Shown in pieces: positions 10,701 to 17,337 of a stretch of DNA of 28,747 nucleotides. Each line of letters begins with the position of its first letter. Positions within the stretch are counted from its first letter, which is position 1. The notes under the pieces are model-generated. The model was not told where the DNA came from. It worked only from the letters and a program-made list of their open reading frames with translations, and did no database searches. The DNA lies in IMG/VR virus record IMGVR_UViG_3300027771_000073, positions 1 through 28,747 of that record. One strand, 5' to 3'. The stretch is from a virus. Taxonomy: Duplodnaviria; Caudoviricetes. Both the position numbers and the translations under genes were made by a program.

Positions 10701-12326
10701 AAAGATTACAACAAAGATTATCTTAAAAATTATGTAAAGACATATACAACAGACTACAATAAAGATTATGTTAAAACATACACTGGTGTGTATACTAAAA
10801 TATGGGAAAAGAATTACCAGAAATTATATAATAAAGCTTATGCTGATGCGTACGAAGGATCGTTTGATGCCAACTATACTAAGATCTGGACTAAAGATTA
10901 TTCTACAGATTATCTTAAAAACTATGTTAAGACATATACTAAGATATGGAATAAAGATTATATAAAAAATTATGTTAAGACCTATACTAAAGTTTGGAAT
11001 AAAGATTATGATGCTGTGTATGCTAAAGTATGGGTGGGTGAATATGAAAAAGATTATACAACAATCTATACGAAGTTATGGTTAAAAGATTATGTTAAAA
11101 TTTGGCATGCTAATTGGACTCATGAGTGGGTAACTAACTATGATAAAGATTATGTAAAAACATATACAACTGTATACTCAACTCTATGGGAAAAAAATTA
11201 TGATAAGGATTGGCATACTGACTGGTTTAGAGAATGGGAAAAATTCTATACTAAGAATTGGGATAAAGATTATGTAACTGTCTACACTGGTACATTTGAT
11301 ACAGACTATTCAGTTAATTATGGAAGAGTGTGGACTAAAGCATATGTAGCTCACTACGAAGGTTTATGGCAACAAGAGTTTACTAAGCAATGGACAAAAG
11401 ACTATGAGGCTTCTTATACAAAACTTTGGACTAAAGAATGGTTGGGTGATTATAATAAAGAGTTTATCTCAACATGGACAAAAGACTATCTTGTAGAATA
11501 TCAAAAAACTTATACTGCCGACTATACTAAAACATATTCAAAATCCTACACTAAAGTATGGACAGGTTCATATTCTGGTCCTGTAAGATATACAAAACTG
11601 TGGTCAGGTGATACAGAATTTGTAGGTACAAATTGGGCACTTGCAACATTTGTTGGAGCTTACACTACTGAGTATACAACAGGATGGACTAAAGTTTATG
11701 AGGGTGGCTACACTAGTGCAACATCATACATTAAAGAATATGAAAAATCATACGATAGAGATTATACAAAAGCATACACTGGAACATATACAGGTGATAG
11801 AGCTTATACAAAAGTATGGCAAGCATCTTATGAAAGAACATATGATAGAGACTACACAAAGACATATAGTACAGACTACGAAGCAAACTATACAAAAGAT
11901 TATTCAAAAGATTACACTGCTGTATACACAGGAACCTTTGATCGTAACTATACTAAAAATTATGACAAGACATATACAAAGATATGGTCTAAAATATATG
12001 TAGGAGAAGTGAACTTTAGTGTTGACTACAACAAGGTATATGTGGGACAATACAATAAGAATTATACAAAAGATTATTCTAAAACATATAGTAAGATTTG
12101 GGAAGCAAATTATATTAAAGAGTATAGTGGTGACTGGGCTAAAGATTATATCAAACTATATGGTGGATCATACACTAAGGCATATACGGCTGTTTATACA
12201 AAGATATATAATAAGGTATGGTCTAAAGTTTGGAACAAAGATTATAACAAAGCATACGTCGGTACTAACATAGATGATGAAACTGAAGTGATAAGCACAG
12301 TGAGTTTATGGGTTAGGACCGCTTAA
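4734..12326 (+). CDS. Giant 2530-aa tetrapeptide-repeat virion fibre-like protein (three-module anchor domain plus ~2250-aa repeat insertion)
   Basis: ATG with SD and a late-promoter-like element. The 254-aa non-repeat N-terminus contains three related modules (PLK..LQ/NEM..G.G....S.....DT/DR). Repeats span 5496-12266, then a short tail ETEVISTVSLWVRTA. Confidence 0.85.
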   Translation: MANPLKIKYSGSTFNGLQTMTNENMDHTVHQILTEFVANTGPGIISTSGDYTSIGSFVDTRRTEGVGQTTPGGATSTVSTTTVRQWQGNSNNDESGMVRPLEYVSSTYPIQEQTDTTLNASIINRALTNLVSNGVGSYVMNPSQPNSQYTSILTLSDTVTGNGTASNTTTQIWRRTTGASTTALYPLKLGSSSGSLNEMSNTNLAAFISRFRNQMMTTGIGKYVLQENAPASGTWLRQGVAFTDRRHILGSGKTYTKAYTKSYGADYSADYTKTYTSVYVKEYAGEYSKTYTKLYGNSYEKVYVGGYATDYSKTYTKTYTKTYDGEYTKTYTKLWVGEVNYTKDYVKDYNKAYEKIYTKTFTGDYTKIWTKLYDKIYVKQWTKNYTKAYTSAYLKEYIKLWSKNYVASETFDHNWEKIYTHAWTKLYEKTYVGDTVYGGSSAKSYLTNYDRIYEGTYTGAKVYTGAYTSVVNYEQHYAGDVAYEGTFDVNYAKNWSKTYSVDYLKGYGKAWSKDYIGNYIHTFVGSYSKDYSVEYTHNWTKEYSKIYEGHFAGGAYENQWEKGYVKLYTKLWTKTYTGNYTKNWVKSYITQYQKVWETSYAQEWHKLYTKIWTKDYVKKYQNNWFKNYVKNYETDYVKAYTKIYTKLWDKDYVKAYTKIWEKDYTKIYSKVWLGLYTKGWVKGYTKDYVKAYTKVWSADYSTDYNKDYIKNYVKTYTTTYEGTFTTGYTKIYAKVWLGEYTKGWVKGYVKAYDAAYEGSFDANYTKVWQKDYDAVYTKIWTKTYTKAYDKVYEGSFDANYTKIWNKDYTKIYEGSFDANYTKVWDKEYTKIWVGPTYYGGYESGSDETNYTKIYVGAWTKIYAKVWVGEYTKVWTKAYDKVYAKVWVGEYTKLYEKDYLKDYTKIYTKIWTKDYTKIYAKVWVGEYTKIWNKLYNKDYVDVYEGSFDANYTKIWTKNYVGVYTKVWNKDYIKNYVKTYTKVWTKLWETDYLKNYQKLYNKNYVDVYEGSFDADYTKIWTKTYTTDYLKNYVKSYDADYSKDYLKTYTKIWQKDYVKRYRKNYLKTYSKDYETTYEKAYQQSFSARYLKHYEGDYTKIWEKNYVKTYVKAWEAEYAKEWHRLWTKDYVKDYSADYTKNWVKTYTKIYEGSFDAAYTKVWSKLWDKDYVKTYTTIYTKLWDKDYVKTYTKLWLKDYDKVYTKIWSKDYTKIYAKVWLGEYTKGWVKGYVKAYDAVYEGSFDANYTKVWAKDYSTDYLKNYVKTYSKAYDKVYEGSFDANYTKVWAKAYDAVYEGSFDANYTKVWAKDYGKDYTKIYEGSFDANYTKIWVGPTYYGGYESGSDETNYTKIYAKVWLGEYTKVWAKVWTKDYTKIYSKVWVGEYTKIWQKDYTKIYAKVWVGEYTKVWTKDYLKDYVKTYTKIWTKDYTKIYAKVWVGEYTKIWNKLYNKDYVDVYEGSFDANYTKVWVKDYSTDYTKAWQKAYSKDYLKNYVKSYDAEYTKIWEKNYVKSYGADYTKIYNKVWVGEYTKIWEKDYVKIYTKLWSKNYLKDYEAAYQDSWTANYVKAYEKLYTKVWTKAYEGSFDANYTKIWVKTYTTDYNKDYLKNYVKAYTTTYDKDYVKAYTKIWSKDYTKIYAKVWLGEYTKGWVKGYVKDYVKTYTTTYEGTFDTAYVKTYTKVWNKDYVKNYVKTYSKDYDAVYEGSFDATYVKTYSKDYTTTYDKDYLKIYVNTWAQHWHKDYVKTYTKIWTKDYTKIYAKVWVGVYEKDYVKDYTKIYTKLWSKNYVKSYEGSFDGSFDANYTKIWVGPTYYGGYESGDDETNYTKIYAKVWVGSYVGVYNKDYVKDYDAVYTKIWSKTYVKAYEGSFDANYTKVWQKDYSKDYLKNYVKAYQLSWTKDYTKIYAKVWDKEYTKIWVGPTYYGGYESGSDETNYTKIYTKVWGKDYTKIWSKDYHVDWTKNYEKVWTKIYTKIWTKDYNKDYAKVWVGEYTKIWVKDYNKDYLKNYVKTYTTDYNKDYVKTYTGVYTKIWEKNYQKLYNKAYADAYEGSFDANYTKIWTKDYSTDYLKNYVKTYTKIWNKDYIKNYVKTYTKVWNKDYDAVYAKVWVGEYEKDYTTIYTKLWLKDYVKIWHANWTHEWVTNYDKDYVKTYTTVYSTLWEKNYDKDWHTDWFREWEKFYTKNWDKDYVTVYTGTFDTDYSVNYGRVWTKAYVAHYEGLWQQEFTKQWTKDYEASYTKLWTKEWLGDYNKEFISTWTKDYLVEYQKTYTADYTKTYSKSYTKVWTGSYSGPVRYTKLWSGDTEFVGTNWALATFVGAYTTEYTTGWTKVYEGGYTSATSYIKEYEKSYDRDYTKAYTGTYTGDRAYTKVWQASYERTYDRDYTKTYSTDYEANYTKDYSKDYTAVYTGTFDRNYTKNYDKTYTKIWSKIYVGEVNFSVDYNKVYVGQYNKNYTKDYSKTYSKIWEANYIKEYSGDWAKDYIKLYGGSYTKAYTAVYTKIYNKVWSKVWNKDYNKAYVGTNIDDETEVISTVSLWVRTA
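5496..12266 (+). repeat. Degenerate 12-nt coding repeat array with four copies of a 54-nt loop motif
   Basis: [YWF]-x-K-x units; WVGPTYYGGYESG(S/D)DETN at 7227-7280, 8709-8762, 10131-10184 and 10461-10514. Confidence 0.95.
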
Positions 12327-12346
12327 CAATAAGAGGACTTTATAAT

Positions 12347-13288
12347 ATGAATAATAAAGAGCAAGGAAAATTGTTTGATTATTATGCTGTTGAAGAACTT
12401 AGAAATACCTATTTTTTTATGGATTGGAAAAATAATACTGTTAATCCATTATACCCAGCTTTGTCCGAAATCATAAAGCCCAACGTAAAAATGACACCAC
12501 AAGAGCATAAAGAGAATGGAAATATTGATGATAAATATATTACTGGAGCCAGTAAAATGACACCACAAGAGCATAAAGAGAATGGAGATTTTGATGACGC
12601 ATCAGTAACTGAGCATGCTTCAACTGAAGCAGAGCAAGCTAATAGAACAATAGATGCCAGAGAAGAAAAATCAAAAGACCGTTTAAATATTAACAGACCA
12701 CCACCCCAGACAACATCTTGGGAGAGAGAGAATAATATTATGGAAGAAGAAAAAACCAAGGTTGTAGCTCGTGCTGATGATGAGAAGCAACCGGAGAAAA
12801 AACAAGAACAAAAACAGGAACCGAAGTTTCCGTTCAATGATGCAGAGCCAATCTTTGCTTACTACGGTAATGATAAAAAATCTCTTATGCATTTCATTCT
12901 AAGACATCCAGACGGCCCACAAGGTCAACCTGGACCTACAGACGCACACCAAATTCATAATACCAAAGAACATCAAGACGCTTGGTATTGGGTACATAAG
13001 CTCGTAGGTCAAGAAGCTATCAATAGAAATACTAAAAAAGAAATTGATCGTCTTGATAAGATGAGAAAAAAAGAAGAAGTAGGTGATAAGGATCGTCAGC
13101 ATAAAATGGATCAAGAGAAGTTGTTCCAAGCTAAGATAGATGCTTTTGAAATGGATGTGATTCGTAATACAACTAATAGAGATATGAAATCTAAAATTAG
13201 AAGATCAAAAAGTATTATGGAACTGACCGCTTACGTAGGCGCAATTATAGCATTGGAGAGTATGAATGGAAAACCAGCAACAGACTAA
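12347..13288 (+). CDS. Hypothetical protein (charged, low-complexity N-terminal half; helical C-terminal domain)
   Basis: 313-aa ORF with GAGG SD upstream. A possible second start lies at ATG 12740, preceded by GGAGAGAGAG. No recognisable catalytic motif. Confidence 0.75.
   Translation: MNNKEQGKLFDYYAVEELRNTYFFMDWKNNTVNPLYPALSEIIKPNVKMTPQEHKENGNIDDKYITGASKMTPQEHKENGDFDDASVTEHASTEAEQANRTIDAREEKSKDRLNINRPPPQTTSWERENNIMEEEKTKVVARADDEKQPEKKQEQKQEPKFPFNDAEPIFAYYGNDKKSLMHFILRHPDGPQGQPGPTDAHQIHNTKEHQDAWYWVHKLVGQEAINRNTKKEIDRLDKMRKKEEVGDKDRQHKMDQEKLFQAKIDAFEMDVIRNTTNRDMKSKIRRSKSIMELTAYVGAIIALESMNGKPATD
12488..12586 (+). repeat. Exact 33-bp direct repeat (12488-12520 and 12554-12586), 66-bp period
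   Basis: AAAATGACACCACAAGAGCATAAAGAGAATGGA occurs twice in frame, encoding KMTPQEHKENG. Confidence 0.9.
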
Positions 13289-14126
13289 AGGATTTATGTT
13301 AGTTGCTTCATTTTCTAAACCTTATTATGATGCAGCTGTTATGTGTGCTGATTCAATTAAAGATTTTTATCCTGAAGCAAAGATAGCTATCTATACACAT
13401 AAAGATTGGTTCCAAGAAGAACATAGACATTTATTTGATCATGTTCATTTGGAAGTGCCAGTCCATGTCCGAGCTAAGCTCTGGGCACTAACAAAAACTC
13501 CTTATGATATAACAGCATATATTGATGCAGATATATATTGTCAGCACCAAGACGTCAGGCATATGTTTGACGAAATAGATGACGAGCATGACATGGCAAT
13601 GACATGCAATAGACCGTACAATGCAAAAGTAGTTTATATAACTCGTGATGAAGAATTAACTCATTATAAGCCAGAACATAAAGAACTTATTAAGACAGCA
13701 AAAGTTCATGAGTGGGACTTTAAAGGTCCTGAAGGTTGTTGGCGTATGAAGTGGCACTGTGGTATGTTTGTTTATAAAAAGAACAATCGTACATTTAAGA
13801 TGCTAGATATGTGGTATAAAAATTATAGGACTCAGATTGAATCTAATCCTAGAAAGAACTGGCCTTACGATTTCCCTCACACGTTATGGTATTGGGATAC
13901 ATTTGCTTTTTTTAATACTAACTACAAAACAGACTACGGTGTAAAAATAAAAGAAATTCATTCTAAGTGGAACTATATCAAAGGGTATAGACCTGAGGTT
14001 GAATTAAAAAATAACGAAGAGCCAGTATTCTGGCATTACACAATACCAAATGACTTAGTAGATAGGAGCACATACAATGACCCCGGTATACGAGATACAA
14101 TCGGAGATTTTAAAATTATTAAATGA
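13266..14126 (+). CDS. Putative GT-A fold glycosyltransferase (GT8-like / nucleotide-diphospho-sugar transferase)
   Basis: N-terminal Rossmann-like start (GFMLVAS..Y...A...ADSIK), RAKLWAL..TPYDITAYIDAD (DxD), CGMFVY, KWNY and a C-terminal HY. Confidence 0.7.
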   Translation: MENQQQTKGFMLVASFSKPYYDAAVMCADSIKDFYPEAKIAIYTHKDWFQEEHRHLFDHVHLEVPVHVRAKLWALTKTPYDITAYIDADIYCQHQDVRHMFDEIDDEHDMAMTCNRPYNAKVVYITRDEELTHYKPEHKELIKTAKVHEWDFKGPEGCWRMKWHCGMFVYKKNNRTFKMLDMWYKNYRTQIESNPRKNWPYDFPHTLWYWDTFAFFNTNYKTDYGVKIKEIHSKWNYIKGYRPEVELKNNEEPVFWHYTIPNDLVDRSTYNDPGIRDTIGDFKIIK

Positions 14127-14829
14127 GTGGAAAACATTTGTCTGGGGCTTAGACATGTCAACACTCATGACACGAAAAGGAAAGTTCTTTAGAGAAAACA
14201 GATCATTGTATGCAACAAGCATTGAATGTTTAAACTCTATGGAGCATGATACGCATGATGGCTTTCCACCTGACTCACATGGTTACGATTTTAATCAGAT
14301 AGCTACATGGGTCAAGAATGATCACATTAAAGATTTATCATTAGCAAAAGTAATACAAGAAAAGAACCAGTGGCTTGATAACGAGTTGGGTGCATTGCTT
14401 GGTATAAGATTTTGTGCATTGAAGATGTGGTATCCAAAAGATGGATACATTGCATGGCACAACAATTGGAATGTACCAGGGTACAATGTTCTATTTACAT
14501 TTACAGAAACTGGTAATGGTTTCTGGAGACATATTAATCCTGAAGGTTCTAAAGGCAAGATTAATAAACCTATTGAAAAGAACTTAGTACATATACCTGA
14601 TGTACCAGGATGGCATATGAAGACTGGCTATTATGGTAAGAAGGAAGAAGAAGATAAGATTATGTGGCATAGTGCTTATGGTGGTGAGCCAAGAATGACT
14701 TTAGGGTATGTTGTATACAATGAAGAGATATGGAAAAATATGGTAGAAGATATTGCCGGCAAAGCATTAGTGTGGCCACTAGCACCATTTGATAAAACTA
14801 TGTTACCTAAGGGAGCTACGTATTCATAA
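14077..14829 (+). CDS. Putative double-stranded beta-helix / 2OG-Fe(II) oxygenase-like protein
   Basis: YPKDGYIAWHNNW...MWHSAYGGEPRMTLGY: proximal His, distal His and R-x-T arrangement, but H-x-N in place of H-x-D/E. Confidence 0.5.
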   Translation: MTPVYEIQSEILKLLNEWKTFVWGLDMSTLMTRKGKFFRENRSLYATSIECLNSMEHDTHDGFPPDSHGYDFNQIATWVKNDHIKDLSLAKVIQEKNQWLDNELGALLGIRFCALKMWYPKDGYIAWHNNWNVPGYNVLFTFTETGNGFWRHINPEGSKGKINKPIEKNLVHIPDVPGWHMKTGYYGKKEEEDKIMWHSAYGGEPRMTLGYVVYNEEIWKNMVEDIAGKALVWPLAPFDKTMLPKGATYS

Positions 14830-15254
14830 TGCCAAACAACACAGCAGGAGTAGAGTTACCTGAATATTTTATACCTTGTCGTGGTAGTATTATGGATTAT
14901 TATAGACAAGTGGTGAACAATCGAGGTTGGAAAAACTATCTTGTCACAACATATAATGATACATATCAAGGTTATGATAATGTATTTAAATTTAGAGCTG
15001 AATTAAATGAACGTATACCTTTTGATTATGATGCTAAGTTAAGAGAGCATATAGTTAGAAAATCTAACATACGATATGTTAATCATGGCAGAGATGGTAT
15101 GATTGAAAAGTTCTTCCTCCAAGATCATCACACACTGCTTCATATCATATGTAGCAAAAGAGTTGATACGTTAACACTAATGCATAGAGATGAACAACCT
15201 GATAAACAAATAGATGAGTGGCTAACAATTAAAAGAAAATATTATTATGAATAA
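14829..15254 (+). CDS. Hypothetical protein
   Basis: 141-aa ORF coupled to the upstream gene (TAATG overlap, GGGAG SD). Confidence 0.7.
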   Translation: MPNNTAGVELPEYFIPCRGSIMDYYRQVVNNRGWKNYLVTTYNDTYQGYDNVFKFRAELNERIPFDYDAKLREHIVRKSNIRYVNHGRDGMIEKFFLQDHHTLLHIICSKRVDTLTLMHRDEQPDKQIDEWLTIKRKYYYE

Positions 15255-15957
15255 CATATTTGTTGTAAAGACAATACCAGAGAAAGCCACAGTCAAAGAA
15301 AAGTATAAAGATGCTCATGTGTGGGACATCTTTTGGCAATGTAAGAATTACTACAAGAAGCCATTTAAGTTTTATTTACTAACAAACTTTACAACTGTTA
15401 ACCATCCTGAAATTAAAATTGTTGATATATCTAAATTTAAGTATGATGGTTGGTGGAATAAAATGTTACTGTTCCATCCTGATATAGATAAAGAAGGTAC
15501 TAATCTATACTTTGATTTAGATACCACATTCCATAGAGACATATCAGATATTGATAAGTACATATCACCTGGTCTTCTAACATCTGTATTTTGTTATTGG
15601 AAGCCAATTGATTGGTTAGACCGGAGTGCTCAACCTAAAGAATTACAAGACGATCCTGATATGAAATATCCATCTATGTTTAATTCATCTGTGATGGGTT
15701 GGCAAGGCCATACATTAACAAGTATATGGGATGACTTTAAAGATGATGATCAACGATACTTGTTAGAGTATAGAGGTAATGATGATTATCTAGGACACAA
15801 ACAATTAGATAAGTTGAAAGCTCTTCCAAGAGGTATATGTTATTCACAGTACTATGGAGCAGATGTTGGTTCTGAATTCTTTCCTAGAGATAAAAAGAGC
15901 AACATTAAAAGAGATAATTATTATATAAGGTTACTGAATGGTCCAGGAAAAGATTAA
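15247..15957 (+). CDS. Putative GT-A glycosyltransferase
   Basis: GWWNKMLLF, NLYFDLD (DxD), FNSSVMGW and YRGNDDYL motifs typical of phage/bacterial nucleotide-diphospho-sugar transferases. Confidence 0.7.
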   Translation: MNNIFVVKTIPEKATVKEKYKDAHVWDIFWQCKNYYKKPFKFYLLTNFTTVNHPEIKIVDISKFKYDGWWNKMLLFHPDIDKEGTNLYFDLDTTFHRDISDIDKYISPGLLTSVFCYWKPIDWLDRSAQPKELQDDPDMKYPSMFNSSVMGWQGHTLTSIWDDFKDDDQRYLLEYRGNDDYLGHKQLDKLKALPRGICYSQYYGADVGSEFFPRDKKSNIKRDNYYIRLLNGPGKD

Positions 15958-16684
15958 CTTAATGACAATTAAGTGGGGTGATAAGTTTGCAGCTGAGTAT
16001 CCTAACCTAATTCATAGAATGGCCAAACGTCACATGCCTTGTGAGTTTAATTCATATTGTATGACTGATGATCCTACTGGTTTAGATAAAGACATTATAC
16101 CTGTTGAATGTACAGAGAAATGGTTATGGGATGATATACTATCAATGAAGCAATGGTGGTTTTGGGATGCAATTAAAATGTCTTTGTTTGCTCCTAAGTT
16201 ATGTGGTATAGAAGGTAAGATATTATTTACAGATCTAGATAACTTATTTTTAAATAGACTGGACAGAGTAATTCAAACAACCCCTCCAGCAATAATAAAA
16301 ACAGATTGGAATGCTAATTATCATTTAGGAATGCATAGTGGTAATTATTTTCTTACTATGGGATTCAATGCTAGTTTAATTTATGTGGACAACACATCAC
16401 CAGTAACAAAAGAAATATGGGATCACTTTGTAAATTATTATGACAGAGCAAAAGGTTCTTTGTATAGTAGTGATGCATATTTATGGAGATGCCATAGAGA
16501 TAAGATTAATACATATCCTGAAGGTACTGTATACTCACATAGTAGAGGTGCAAAGTATCCTGATCAACAAAAAGGAAAGTATAGATCAGATCATGAGGTC
16601 TGTGTTTTTATGGAAGACCATGAACCTGATCCTTTAGATATAAAAAAAGGTTGGGAGGCTGACTTATGCAAGTTGTATCTGTAA
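15938..16684 (+). CDS. Putative GT-A glycosyltransferase
   Basis: TIKWGDKF..EY.N, YCMTDDPTGL, IKMSLF, ILFTDLD (DxD), FNASLI. Confidence 0.7.
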   Translation: MVQEKINLMTIKWGDKFAAEYPNLIHRMAKRHMPCEFNSYCMTDDPTGLDKDIIPVECTEKWLWDDILSMKQWWFWDAIKMSLFAPKLCGIEGKILFTDLDNLFLNRLDRVIQTTPPAIIKTDWNANYHLGMHSGNYFLTMGFNASLIYVDNTSPVTKEIWDHFVNYYDRAKGSLYSSDAYLWRCHRDKINTYPEGTVYSHSRGAKYPDQQKGKYRSDHEVCVFMEDHEPDPLDIKKGWEADLCKLYL

Positions 16685-17337
16685 AGGTTGGTAAACTATA
16701 TGGTGTTGAATATGTCAACCAGTTATATAAACAACTGTTGACCTTCCATAAAGATTGTGTATACTATTGTATGACAGATGACCCAGAAGGGTTACATAAA
16801 GACATACAGATAATAAAAATTACTGATAGCTTTAAAGAACGTAAGTGGTGGAACAAGATAAAGTTATTTGAACCAGGTCTTTTTAATGAGCCTACTATCT
16901 ACTTAGATTTAGATTGTTACATACATACACCATTAGATAAGTTCCTAGAAACCTCTCATCCTGATAAACTAAACATTCTTAAAACAGCATGGTTCAGTGA
17001 TGGTATAGCAAAAAAAATACATATGTGTAATGTTAACTCATCTATAATGGTTATTAATGATCATAATTGTGAGCCTATGTGGAAAGAGTGCCATGACCAT
17101 ATAGATCGAATGTACAAGAGTTTCTATGGGTTAGATCCATGGTTGTACAGGAGACATATGAGTAGCATGCAATTCTTTCAACCTGGGTTAGCTTATTCAT
17201 TTAAACATGGTTGTATGTATCCATTAGATATAGAACAAAATAAATTAAGACAATTACCAGTATGCATATTTGATGATGCACAAAATAGAAAAGAGGTGTT
17301 AGATGGACTATGGCAAAGTTCAAAAGTTATGGGCTAA
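16666..17337 (+). CDS. Putative GT-A glycosyltransferase
   Basis: VKVGKLYGVEYVNQL, YCMTDDPEGL, WWNKIKLF, IYLDLD (DxD), NSSIMV; paralogous to the two preceding ORFs. Confidence 0.7.
   Translation: MQVVSVKVGKLYGVEYVNQLYKQLLTFHKDCVYYCMTDDPEGLHKDIQIIKITDSFKERKWWNKIKLFEPGLFNEPTIYLDLDCYIHTPLDKFLETSHPDKLNILKTAWFSDGIAKKIHMCNVNSSIMVINDHNCEPMWKECHDHIDRMYKSFYGLDPWLYRRHMSSMQFFQPGLAYSFKHGCMYPLDIEQNKLRQLPVCIFDDAQNRKEVLDGLWQSSKVMG

Noticed and set aside
5496-12266. DNA inverted repeats or RNA hairpins as the cause of the mirror symmetry
   Set aside because: Facing segments (e.g. TATGAAGGTTCGTTTGATGCTAAC vs TATGCTAAAGTATGGGTAGGTGAG) are not reverse complements; the symmetry exists only at the peptide-unit level.
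5496-12266. Aromatic-x-Lys motifs as RiPP precursor cores (darobactin/triceptide-type W-x-K crosslinks)
   Set aside because: No radical SAM enzyme (CxxxCxxC), protease or leader peptide is visible in the window, and the structural symmetry explains the pattern. Crosslinking by an enzyme encoded elsewhere cannot be excluded.
3-12266. Assembly artefact generating the repeats
   Set aside because: Units are diverged at synonymous sites, frames stay open for kilobases, and long-range unit counts match exactly, which misassembly would be expected to break.
1087-12273. Many short alternative-frame and minus-strand ORFs (MLKIILK..., MPYLSIV...) inside the giant genes
   Set aside because: By-products of the 12-nt repeat (TAT-G creates ATG, and stop-poor frames recur); fully nested in long credible CDSs.
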